The notes under the pieces were generated by a model that saw nothing but the letters and a program-made list of their open reading frames with translations, was not told where the DNA came from and made no database searches. A stretch of DNA of 59,905 nucleotides, filler included, from Sphacelaria rigidula (taxonomy: Eukaryota), in NCBI GenBank assembly GCA_964200075.2. It is 5 parts of 5 records of this genome, joined end to end, with 100 filler letters (N's around TTAATTAATTAA, not from the genome) between each part and the next. Parts side by side here need not be neighbours in the genome. Positions count along the whole stretch, not along the records: positions 12,003 to 23,904 come from CAXNAA020004356.1; positions 24,005 to 35,905 come from CAXNAA020004357.1; 3 more parts are not named here. The stretch is one strand, 5' to 3'. The translations under genes and the position numbers were made by a program. This document shows, piece by piece, positions 12,212 to 24,280 of the stretch (within the stretch, counting starts at the first letter, position 1; each line of letters starts with the position of its first letter).

Positions 12212-14115
12212 GTCAACTTACCTGTGAAGTTCGTGCGCGTCGAGATGGAAGTGGTGGACCACGGAGTGGCGCAGCTTTTTGAAATCCTGGTGTCGCCCAA
12301 GCCGCCATCATTAGCCCGCGAACCCCGTTCCATCACCGGCGGCGATCGAAATGCCCGCGATTCCGGGGCCAGTAGCGGAAGCGGTGTTGGCGGTAGCAGC
12401 AGAAGCAGCAGCTGTCGTGAGAGCAGCAGAGGCGGTCGTACAAGTAGCGGAGCACGGACTGGCGCCGCCGAATCTGTATCTGGGGGTTCGTCGGGAATAT
12501 CTTTCAGCGGCGTGGATGGTGCGATGGGAGCGAGGGAGGGAAGCGGAAATGTGAAAAAATGTCTCAGGGGTACCAGGGGTGCCGGTGGCGATGTCGGTCT
12601 CGACAGCGGCGGCGGCGGAGGAGTGGGGAAAGGTGTCGGCGGTGACGGTGTTGAGGGCAGTCGGGGAGAGCCTACGTCGAAAGTCCCCCTGGAGCTAGAC
12701 TACGGAGACGTGTACGAAGGGATGCTTTACCAGCGGCGGTCGTTTGTGATCGTGAACCATGCGAGCATGCCGCTGGAGTTCCAGCTGTCTTCTTCCCTCC
12801 CAGCGTCGGAGCTTAACTTTTCGCTGTCGGCGGTAACGCTGAAGCAGTTTAAGTCGGTTACCGTCGAGGCGAAGACCAGGCTGCAAGTGTTTCCGCACTA
12901 CAAACCAGTGAGCAAAAAAGATACAACCGGCGGTGAAGAATCCGCTGGTGGCGGCGTGGCTGCTTCGGCGGGCCGAGGCGGCGGCGGTGGCGACGACCGG
13001 AGCGGCAGGAGTCGCGACAGCCAGTCTACGGTAGTGTCTTCCTCCACAGTCGCTTCTTCGCATCCTGACGCCGGGGCGGAGGTCCATGCCACGGCCGTTT
13101 GCGAGCGGTTGAGCATCACGTGCCGTCTGGTGAAGGACTTCCAACAGGAGATTCAGCTCGTCGCTCGGCGGCACGCCCCTCAACTTCGTCTTCGACCAGG
13201 ATTTCTCGGTGGTCGGGACATCAGTGGCAGTGGCGGCAGCGGAGGCGGGGGGCAAGACCAAGGTGACGGCAGTGGCACTGCCGGCAGCGGCAGCGGTGTC
13301 GCTGCCGTGAGTATTCTGTATGTGGTGAGGGATTCATCTTCGCCTGTGCCCTCGGTGGCGAATGACGGGGTCGTGAAGGATGCTGGTGCTGCGGAAGCAG
13401 GAGGAAGCAGCGTCAATGCCTTGGGTGACCCTCTGTACTCCGCTGAAGCGAGGGGCGGCGGTGGAGGGGTACAGGTCGACGGTGAACTAAGCCGGTTTGT
13501 GACTGTGTCGAATCTGAGGCCGCGGAGACGTGTCGTTATCTCTGTGGTGAACGTTTCCATGTACTTCTCGGTGGTTCCGGTTATACCCGAAAGCAACGCA
13601 GCGGCGGAGGTACGCCCGGGGCCTCCCGGAGGATCTCGAGAGGTGGTCACTGGCAGCGGTGCCTTTGGAGGTGTGCGCGGAGGCTGGGCGCCGGCGGTTG
13701 CTGACGGGGTTGCGGATGGCGGCATTGAGATGTTTGAGCTCCCGGCAGGGGAATCGCTGACTCTCCGCGTGACGCCACGGTTGGACAAGCTGCGCTCAGG
13801 GGAGGGGCTCGCGCTGTTAGCAACTCAGCAGTCGCTCGAGGTGTGTCTTGTGCGCGCGTGCACGTGCGAGTGCGTATGCATTGTTTTTGTGTGTGCAGTT
13901 GAACAGAGGAGATGATCCGCAGGGGCGCGCAGAAAGGCTTTCTGTTATTGTTTCAGAGGCTCAGCTGTCGCTCGCCTCCCCCCCCCAGCACCCACCACAC
14001 CCAACCACACGCCCCACCCCCACGCACCCACCTCNNNNNNNNNNGGGAGATCGGGAGGGGGGGGCGCGGCCGGGGGCGCGCAAGTTCTTTTTTTTTTTTT
14101 TTCCGCGCCGCCCCG

Positions 14116-14147
<32 letters not shown>

Positions 14148-17100
14148 ACCTCCGCCCGAACCACACGGGTATCCGCCCCCGTGAACATTCTTATCGCCAC
14201 ACAGGAGCATTTCATGGTATACAACCGCCGGCATCCAACGGAGCAGTACCGCGTGAGCCTCAAGCTCACCTCGGGAGCGCTTCGCACATTTTTCCTGTCC
14301 CCTGGATCCAAAAACGCTCACCCCTTCTGGACTCTGGAGGAGAAGATCACCACCTTTTTACAAGTAAGGAACAAGCCACAACCGCTCGCGACTACTGTTT
14401 CTTGTTTTATGTCCCCGCGTCGTTTGTTCGAAACTATGTGATCTTCTTGTTTGTGTTTCAATCACCTGTGCCTCTCCCGCGCGCGTGCCCCCATCCCCAC
14501 CCCCCCTCGCTCTCCTGTCGTCGTTCTTTGTGAGGGTCCTTTTCACTTCGTTGCTTGCTGAGGTGGCTGAATTGCGGCTTTTGACTGTTTCTGTTCACCA
14601 ACTCACATTCTTGCTCTGTGCTCTGTTTCGTTTCCAGTCTCGAGTCACCCTCACTTAACCCCCACCGATGCACCCCCTCCCCCTCCTCCTCCCCGGACAG
14701 GCATATAAATGCATGTGGCACGGGTTTTTCGAAACAGAATCGCAGCTGAATGAGATGCTGAGGGATGCAGCCACGTTTAAGGTCAGGATTATCGTGGTTC
14801 TGTCATGCCCGTGAATGGGGCCCGATTTTGGGCACTAAATACCGGGAAAATGGACCGGCCAACTCCACATTCAGTTGAATGCAGAAGAAATGAAAACCTA
14901 GATGAGCCAATCAGTATCAATCACAAGTACACTCGTCACTAGAAATGACGACGGCGCTCATATAACATGTACTGTTGCCATAGTACATTCTACAACACAC
15001 ATGTGACCGACGTTGTTGTAACCCTGTGTACAGGGTTACAACAACAGGAGGATAGAAGCTGCTGCTCGTGTTGTTGTTGTCCCCTTCTTGTTGCAGTATA
15101 TTGTTGTGCTATCTTTCAACGCTACTTTCTCGGCAACGACGCAGGGGATTGAACTGCGGTTTGATGCGTGCGCTTCCCACACACCACAACAGTGAATTTG
15201 ACAAGAGATTTCCACAAGCGTGCCGCGGAGGACGCCGTACGCGTACCGCGGAGGACGCAGCACTTTGCACACCGCTGCACCAAACACAGAATGTACTACA
15301 AAACGCGTTTCCTGGACCGTTCTGGGGCTTTTCGGATCCGCTGTGGTGGTTTAGCAACTCCGCTTGTCAAACTCACCGCGTCTAGTGTATGTGCGGGGGG
15401 CTGTGAAGTTCCAGAGGCCGGTTTGTTTCCTGTCTCGAGATAGTAGCGATGAAAAATGTACAGCTGTCGCATACTAAACCTAGGTAACCTGGGATGGAGC
15501 GTGTGTTATGTTCGGCAGAGGTTCGGCACAGGCCCGACCAGTCTATGACGTCTTCAGTACGTCTTCGAAATCCGTCTGCATTCATTTCATTTTTCGTGGG
15601 CAGCGGAGTTTTGGCCGGTAAGTCCTTCATTCACGGGCATAGCTGTATGAATTTTTTCTTTGTAGCGTGAAGAATTATGGTCTAGTCTCCGTCGTCAAAA
15701 ACCTGAAGACCTGAGAATTACAGTCCTTTTGACGGAGTTTGTTTGACAAGAGTTGATGCGGTGCGAGAGTGCTGATCCAGTCCGCGAGACCAAAACGCAA
15801 GGCGTGTACCAGAGGAGAGATGGGTAGATCCTTTGAGATCACGGACTCGTCCCGGGGAAGCGGGAGAATTAATACCATGGATAATAACAATACAGTGGAT
15901 TCCGTTGCCAGCTCTTCGGTGCGAGGACGGCGTTGAGAATCTCAAGTTACCCAGGAAACGGAAAGTGATTACATTTGATCTCGACGCTTTACTGGTATAC
16001 GTTGATCTTATTCGATTTCTTGTTGGAGACTTTCCTGTCTACGGTTGCCTTCATGTACCCTGCCAAGCATGCCGAACGTGTACTCGTCGATTCCCCATGA
16101 TATGAACCGTTATCCTTGAGCCATGCCATCCAGGCCTTGCCCATGGCCTGCAAGTTGGAGACTCCTCCCTCGTTACGCAATTATCCTCACCGTGCATATA
16201 TCGCAAACACATTATTTACTGAACGGCCCCCAGGAACCACAGCTGTCGGCGTTGCAGCAGGCTTTGAACCGCCTGGATACGGCGATGGTGGCCGCCGGCG
16301 AGCCGCATTCGGTCTTGATATCTGCGGGTCGAATCGGCGGCGTCGGTGGCGTCGGCGGGATTGGTGCCGGTTCGTGTTCCTACTCGAGCTTTTCTGGTCG
16401 GTCGAGGGCCGTTGATGTGGGCGCAGCAGTGGGGGAAGGTGGGGGCGGCACGGTCGCAGTGGCTAAGCAGAGCTCGAGGCTGATGTTCGAGATGTTTTAT
16501 TTAACAGACGAGCTGGTGTACTACGCCCTGAAGCACGAAGGGCATGTCGGAGACGTGGCCCTACGGTTGGCCGACTTCATGTACTCGTTTGTGTTCAGCC
16601 ATGAGGTGAGATGATGAGTCTGCTCATGTGAGATTGGGAGGACATTGAGCGGACTCGAGCAAGGAGCTCCGTACACATTTCACGTGCGTGTTGTGGTACG
16701 CTCAGGGATTGGTAGGTCCCATTTTCTGGATGACCTTGAAACGAGAATCGGTGTAAGAAGGGGGGCTCTGAGGAATCGAAGTTTTTTCTTCCCTCGAAGG
16801 TTAGTGTTCCATGTGTTGACTGATAACACGTTTGGACAAGCGTTTAGTACGCGGATGACTTGTCCCATGACGATTGTTTTCGGGAACATCGCCCGATCGC
16901 CCGATCCGAAACAACGCATGTTGGGCGAGATGGCGATCTGGCGCAAAGTTGATTGATGCCATGGCGATTGATCGATTGATTGATTGATTGATGGCATAAT
17001 AACTGATCCCCGAGATATGTAGTCGTGGTCATTTTCCGCATTATACGCGAACCCGAGGTGAACAAAATGGAAACACTAAGTGAAGAAGACAAAATGACGA

Positions 17101-18169
17101 AACAAGGAAATGAAATAAACGGAGTAAACTAAGCGGCACGAACGATTGTGCTTCTTGTTTGCTCCAGCAGTCGGTCGACGGCAGCCCGGATTGCTGCGGA
17201 GGGTTTCCCAGACGGTTGAGTCTATCACCGCGGAAAAAACGAGTCGTCTAGAGCCCCATGTAGAGTCATGTAGTTGTTGGCGCTACCACTACCACGCCAC
17301 TTTCCCGGCATCGTCCCACCGCACGCACCCGGTCCCACACGCTCTGGCTCCTAATCCGCACCCCGCGCACTGTTACGCTCATTCAACGAAAATAGGTGTT
17401 TGAGGCTTTCACGGAGGTACGAGGCGGAGAAGGCGATGGCGATGGAGCACCGGTGTTCTTGCGGCGGTAAGCATGGAAGAGTTGTTTTGCTGTGGTGCCT
17501 TTTTTTTTTTGTCAAAGTAGTCGATATAGGTGTATGTATATTGTCTTGTGTTTTGTTCGAGCTGTCTGTAGTGTACCAGCGTGCACACAATGTTTTGGGT
17601 CTTCTCATCTACCCTCCACTGAGAAACCCATGAGGCAGTGTGTAACCCGTGGCTGTCTCTGGAAGTGGCAACACTAGAAAACGAAGAAAATCATTGAAGG
17701 CTGTCATCCATATACAAGATAATCAGTACGCTTGGAGCCGAACAAGTGACGGCGCTTCGCGCTTGGTGATTGATTGCGAGCCTGGTCCGGTGAAAACCCG
17801 GCGTGCTCAGTCCCGGTTTTGTAGGAATACGAGGTCTATAGTCATACGGTCATATGACGACGGCATTCAACATCATTAGTACCCCGCCGTACGCACATGT
17901 CCAAACTCGCACATTCTTACGAACAACGCCTGTTGAATAGGTGGGCGGCGCATTTGAACTACTTCCTGGGGTACTTCCCATACCCCAAACCAGCGATCCT
18001 CCCTCTCATGGAGCTCCGGCGGTCCATAGCTCCCTGCTTTGAGGCTCTGCCTGCAGGTGACAAGGGGAGGGCTCGAGAAGGCGCGCCTACGCCTGATGAT
18101 GCTCCAAGCCCCATTCCCCCGTCACTCTCGGCGGATGATTGTTCGGGGAAAATGTTTCCCAAGTGCTGA
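12212..18169 (+). CDS. 3' part of a large hypothetical protein with an Ig-like (ASH/PapD-like) segment and a helical C-terminus
   Basis: Phase-consistent exons: about 12212-13840, 14205-14363, 14701-14781, 16234-16605, 17396-17466, 17941-18169 (TGA). All five introns are GT-AG. Globular-looking blocks LDYGDVYEGMLYQRRSFVIVNHASMPLEFQLSS, EHFMVYNRRHPTEQYRVSLKL, FEMFYLTDELVYYALK and WAAHLNYFLGYFPY are separated by Gly/Ser-rich inserts. The domain call is inference. Confidence 0.85.
15745..15872 (+). mobile_element. SINE family A 3' module (intronic)
   Basis: gatgcggtgcgagagtgctgatccagtccgcgagaccaaaacgcaaggcgtgtacc...gagatcacggactcgtccc matches 2960-3070. Confidence 0.7.
17615..17860 (+). mobile_element. 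Non-autonomous retro-repeat R1, partial (intronic)
   Basis: ccgtggctgtctctggaagtggcaa...ggctgtcatcc...ggcgcttcgcgcttggtgattgattgcgagcctggtccgg is shared with 36006-36500, 46560-47085 and 59815-59905. Confidence 0.7.
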
Positions 18170-21100
18170 GTGGGCGAAATGAATACATCAATCAACCGCC
18201 CCTCCCAGAACAGTCAAATGTAGGGCGCGAGATATCTTGGTGAGCGTTGTCTCCGAGGAAAGGTGAAGGGTGGAGTAGCAACTAGCAGCAGGTTTCGAAA
18301 AGTGCGTACGCATGTGCGTGTTGCGTGGCCGCGTTTTTTGGACTGCTGCTTGTCTCCGTCGCGAGGTGTACCCTAAAGTTTTTGTTTGTGCGTTGCCAGT
18401 GCGGCACAGTTTTCGTGACGATGGAGATAAACGACCGTTTGCGGGAGAGTGTTACATAGACGATAGGCCTGGCGTGGTGTGGTGTGTCGCAGCGCGGCAC
18501 GGCCAGACTGTGCGCGTAATTTTTCTGTGTTCCTAAAATTTTGTCACTGATTTCTGCTACAACGCACGCACACGCGAAGGAGAAAAGAGCGCATCCGTAC
18601 GACCGTTCGGGTTTGCTCTGCCAAAAAATGGACAATCGTTTTCATCTCTTTCATTTCCGGTCAGCTATTGCGGCATGTTACTTCGAATCGTTCGTGCAAT
18701 AGGAGAGTTGTTCTCGCTGTGTATGCGGGAATACACGTGATCTTGGTTCCGCGAATGTGGGATTTGTCGTGCATTTGCCATCGGGAAGGCGGAAGGGGGG
18801 GAAAGGGGGGAAAGGGTGAGGAATATGTACTGAAGAAATAGTAGGCCATGCGAGATGTTGGTCTAATGGTTGATGCGCGTACTGTACATAACCGCTTCGT
18901 GCGTAGCTCATCAATGTTTCTCCGGTTTTCGCCGAGTTTTCCTCGTGTATTTTGTGTACTATTGTGCGAATGTTTCAACATTCATATATAGAGTAAACCA
19001 GGGCTTTGTTGTTATTTGGAACATTTGAAGAAACAAAGCAGAAAGTGTATCAAGAGGCAAGTTGCTTGGAGACGGGAGGATAGCAGGAGATGACAGTTTA
19101 CGGTAACATGGAAAATGGGGGTCAAGCTGGGGCACGGGGGAACATCCACTCGTGCTCTGAGGAAAAGTCGACGTGAAACTCTACTCCAGAGAGTAGTTTT
19201 GGTTTTGCGCCGTTTTTGATAGAAGTGGAAGTGGGTCATTGTTTTTGTTGTTTGTTTTTTTTTTGCTCCATGACTTATGTTCTTGTTGCAATTCTTCGTT
19301 TTTTTGTTTTTTTTCGCTGCTTTTTTTGTCTAGTGTCTGTAGTGGTGACGGTTAAGACAGGCAATATCTTTTGGAGAGAAAAGCCTCTTTTCTATAGGAA
19401 AACCACATCCCAATCCCGGGGAGAATCTCGGTGATACGTCACCGGGATGGTAGATGCTGGCATCACAAGAGACGGGGGATGAAACAAAACCCCATCTCGT
19501 GCTTAGCCTCCCCTTACCCCCACCCCGCGCGCCTATTCCCTTTATACCCAACGCACGCGCGCTTACGCACTCCACGCATATCGTGGGGCCGCTCTTTCTG
19601 CGTAGAGGAGCAGTGTCTTTGTTGAATATGTCCCCAAAGTGTTAAGTGATGGATGGAAAATTGTTCAATGTGACATGATACAGTATAAGATCTCTTTGGG
19701 GTGGGGCAGGGTGGGGTTGGGTTCGGTGAGGTTCGGTGGCGTGGGATGGGTAGGTTGAGAGTCGCGGGCGGGGGTTGTCTGGTGTATTCCATGTGTCCTC
19801 TGCCAACGTCCCGTGCTGTATAGGGCTTCCAGAAGGAGGCACTTTTTGTCTATGTTTTTACGCCGCGGGGTCGGGAGGGGGGGCAGGGAGGGTTATTCCT
19901 CATGTCGCAGCATCGTGCATGCCGTGGACGACTTTGACGCCTGCGGCTAGAGCATCTGCCGTATATTATGAGTGACTGTGGGGTTCTTGATGTTCTCGTC
20001 GTCGTCGTTGTGGGGAAACTCTCGTTTCGGGGTTTTTGGGAGTTGGTGTCGCAGTCCCTACGTTCTCTAGGTGTCCGTGTGTGGTTTGAGTGCTTTTGTT
20101 TGTTACAAACTAGCCGCCCACCTCTCGAGTTCTTGTGTGCTTTTTTCGGGTTATGTGTGCGAGCGTGCGTGCGTGCCTGTGTATGTGTTCGTTTGTGTGG
20201 TCGTGTGCGGCATATGTGTGCGCGAGAGTGCGTCATGTTTTTTTTTTTTCTTGTTTTGGCAATTATGAGGGGGAAAACCAAACCAACAGAGAGACGAGAG
20301 AACGGTACTCCTGTTGCTTGAAATGATTGAAAAGAAACAAAGCCAGTGCTACACGTTTTCGTGTTGGTTTCTTGTGTGAACTATGTCCCGGGAACGAACG
20401 AGGAAAGGTTTTCCGGGAGGGGCTGCGGTGAAGGGGGAGGGGGAAAGGGAGAGGGAGAGGGAGAGTCGAACGGATCCGTTGATTGGCGTTCTCTTCGTGT
20501 GGGTACTGTCGACAAGTCGTTACTCCCCACGCTAAAGATCAGTGTAAAAAAGAGGATGGCAGGAAAATGGAGAAGTGGTTACATAGCCGGAAGGAGTGAG
20601 AAAATACCTACACCCATGCGTACGTAGTTTGAGAAAGCCAGCCCCGCTGTAGATGTGTAACACACACGCAACGTTTGCTTATAGTGTGTTTCAAGAGAGG
20701 TTTCGAAGGGGTTATATTTTTGTTGCGTATTAGGGAATGTACCCATTTCTCGTGCGCTTTGCTACTATGATGGCGGCATGGGGTACACGGGTTTTCCCGT
20801 CCAACCGGCTTTGAGGGCAGTGGGCGTCCAGTGGAGAAAATACGGTAAATCGTGTTGAGTTTGTCTCCGCTTCCATTAGGTCGTCTCGTCGTCTGTTCAC
20901 GTCCTGCTTGTTCCTGTCACGAGAGGGAAGACCGTTTTGATTTTGCTGCCTCGGTGATGCGGTAGAGACGCATACTCTCCAACACTGGTATAATGCTTCG
21001 GGGAAGAGGGGAATTTGCGAGATGTTTGAAGGAGTGTGGAAGATATGCTCATGTATGACTACAAGTACGGTATAACGTGTACCCACGATAGTGATGGTGG

Positions 21101-22947
21101 TTTTATTATCTAGTTCCGAGGCAAGCTGCGGGCAAGAGGAGTGCACGCCGCACACTAGGTAGGGTTGTAGCTATTAGTCTTAGACGTAGCAGCATGATGG
21201 GCAGTGGGTCAAATTGCTAAAGGTGAAATCGGGGGAGGGGTTACGATGAAGAAAGAGCTACTTACGGGTGGTTGGTCATGCCTGGTGTAATCCGCCTCGT
21301 GCGAGGGGCCATGTATGTTGTGTGTTGAGAGTCCCCGTCTTGGCGCATACTTACTAGTGAAGCAAAGACATGTTGGAGGGAAACCGTTCTTTGTTTTTGC
21401 TTTTCACGTGACCCTAAACGGATTTATCACAATAATTAAGTGAGCCGAGTTGAGCCGTGGGCATGTGCATGCGTGCGTCTTCAGTGGGAAAGCACAAACG
21501 CTCCTCTTGTACGTTACTACCGTACAGTAGAATGGCATGTGATTGTGTACTGTACGAATCTCGCCGAACCGAAAATATAGTCCCTACAACATCACGGACT
21601 TATGTTTGTGCCGCACATGGTGGTGCCTCTTACTTCGATGTCACTGTTGTTCCAATCAGAGTGCATTTTGATGGGTGTTGAAGGTGCACGATAGCGTACA
21701 ATTGTCCCCCCCTTCTTTGTACCAGGGCGGCGTGGAAGATCCCCCCCCATAACTGCAAGTCATACAACAGTTTGCAGTTGAGGACTCATGAACTGATGAT
21801 ACTAAACGAGAGCCGCCTCTTCCTGCATTTCCGGTGTTGTTTCATCCGTCAGCAGGGCAGGAACCGTTTCTCCTAGGCAGAGGCTACGGTGCCAGAAGGC
21901 CCGGCTGAAGCCAATATCGATGTCGATCGTGAACTGTTTTGGCCTGCAAAAAAAATAAGGCTTTTCACACGACCGGCGTAACACGCGTATTTTTCACGTG
22001 TCCATGCGCCCTGTACCGGCTCAAATGCCCCTGGTAATGTGGAGTCTTTTCTTTTGCCATCCGGTTCAAGCATTGTCATGTGAGGCTTGTGTCCGGTTCG
22101 TGAGTGATTGGGTGAGACTAATTTTGACACAGCTGATCACACGGATATTTCAAGCGATCGTACGGGTGCTCCCGACCGACCGGGTCGGTCAATTCCGAAT
22201 TTTCATTCCAATTCCAATTTTACAAAGTGAATTTGGCCTCTGCTGCGGGTGAAAATTCGACTAATCGGTTTTTTGCGACCCTGCTTTTGTGACAGGACTT
22301 CGGCAACCTGATTCTTGCGATAGTTTTTTTGCTAGATTTTTCCACTCTAAAGCCCTATTGATTTCGTTATTTCGGAAATAACTTTATCAAACAGATACCG
22401 AACGCATCCTGCTCCAAGGGGCACCTGGAAACACAGCAGTTGCTGATCCCTACCTAGTATCATCCTCCAAATCGAAGTCTCGAGTGAGGGCCCCCAGTGT
22501 TTGGTGCCCACGTACAAGGATGATCTTCCTCTAGTATCATGCTCCAAAACGTACCTGACAGGGGGCAACACCCCCGTACGGACAGTAGTTAGCTAGCGGA
22601 TTCCTCGTCCTGACAGTCTGTGACAGCCTGGCAGCCGGCAAGGTGGTTATGGTGGTGTCCTTCTAGCGAGATCAGCTTACAGTGCACTGAAGCAGAGTTT
22701 GCGGGTGAACATGAATATTTCGGCGATTGCCTCACCTGCAGTTCGCCCAGATGTTGCGGAGTTTTTTCACGATATCACCGAGTAACATAACATGTACAGG
22801 TGGAAACGTACCAGAATCTCCGTTACATTTTAAGTCGAGATGTACCAGACCCTGCATTATATATGGAAATGTACTCAACCGTGGACAAACGATTCCTACA
22901 GTCAGTACGAACACGATGTTGAAAGGGTACTGCGCAAAGTCAGTCTG

Positions 22948-23035
22948 TTTGTGTGTGTGTGTTGTCGTCCCATCTATTCTGGACATCGGTCTCCACCTTT
23001 CGGTATTTGTGGGGCACAGCCGCGGCTGTGTTGCC
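22948..23035 (-). mobile_element. 3' tail of SINE family B (or of its partner LINE)
   Basis: gtgtgtgttgtcgtcccatctattctggacatcggtctccacc is the reverse complement of the family B end (gtccagaatagatgggatgacaacac). Confidence 0.7.
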
Positions 23036-23169
23036 CCACACAGCTTCGCCCAAGATACAGGCAGCCATTACAGCGGCGGAGGCGCCCTTTCACTCCTGTC
23101 ACTCCTGTGTGCGTCACCTGGGGCAAACGCACCCTGTAGCTGCAACATGGAGGTAGCTATGATCCGGTT

Positions 23170-23755
23170 TGCCTGGCGTACTGCCGACAGCGTCGCGTGA
23201 AAGCCACAAGACCCTTGCTGTCGGCAGTTGATGGCGTGGGTCTCGAATGCAACGACATGCGGTTGATCGTAGAGCACTCTCGTCTCTCCTTTCGAGTTGT
23301 GATAATCCATGACCTTTTGACATCGGAATAATTATTACTTATGGGAAGGTACTCGTGCTGTACCGAGCTGTCCACGCGACCACCGTATGTGTGCTGCAGA
23401 TTGCCCATGCGCCACGCTAGCAACAGTTAGGTCACCACCATAGGTATCTTTTTTCACTCCGCATGTCAAAAAGGTCTCTACAAGTGTTTGACTTCTCATG
23501 AACCCCCCTCAACTGGCGTGTGGCACGCTGTTCTACTCGCGCGCCCGGCTTGGGGACGTCGGCGCAGATCAACGATGAATAACACCCCTCAAGTTCAAAT
23601 TGGATATATATGTTGTTATTGCCGCAGCACCACCCTTGCTGGCATGTGTGTGACAGAGTACAGTAGTAGCGGTGACGGGAACATTGCCCTGTTTTTCAAC
23701 GACGTGTTCTTCACTGCACAGACACGCGTCTTGTCCAAAAAGAGAGGCAGAGAGT
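23170..23755. repeat. Dispersed repeat, copy 2
   Basis: Colinear with 390-985. Confidence 0.65.
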
Positions 23756-23904
23756 AATTGATCTTCGCATCAAGCACGCAAGAAGAGGCGAAATCTCTCC
23801 GCAGCTCTCGGTGTTCTGGGACAACATACTACATGGAAAATTGGGTACATGCTAGTAACACCGATGATGCGAGTCTCTCGAGCGATGGTGGTAATCGCCG
23901 AGCG

Positions 23905-24004
23905 NNNNNNNNNNNNNNNNNNNNNNNNNNNNNNNNNNNNNNNNNNNNTTAATTAATTAANNNNNNNNNNNNNNNNNNNNNNNNNNNNNNNNNNNNNNNN
24001 NNNN
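23905..24004. other. Artificial contig linker
   Basis: N44-TTAATTAATTAA-N44. Confidence 0.97.
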
Positions 24005-24069
24005 ATCGTTAGGAGCCCCTGAACCAGACAAAATTTCGCGAAAAAAGTGCACCCCTACCGTAGCATTGC
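24005..24069. mobile_element. Right end of a Tourist/PIF-Harbinger-like MITE
   Basis: aggagcccctgaaccagacaa...tgcacccctaccgtagcattgctc is near-identical to 40358-40419 and is followed directly by TAA. Confidence 0.7.
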
Positions 24070-24280
24070 TCTAATAATACGCACTTTCGAGATGAGCTAA
24101 ACATCCTGTACACCGGGTAGACAACGGTCACGGGTTGGGGGAACACTAGCGATGAGGCATCCGAACGCTGTTTGAAATTTTCCTCGAAATGCCATTTATT
24201 TCATCAGCACACACAACCTCCCCCCACCCCCACCCGGTCCCATGTGTGATCACGAGATCACTATATATCGTCTAACGCAG

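Noticed and set aside
12695..13788. Long minus-strand ORFs (188 and 202 aa)
   Set aside because: Antisense shadows of the GC-rich plus-strand exon.
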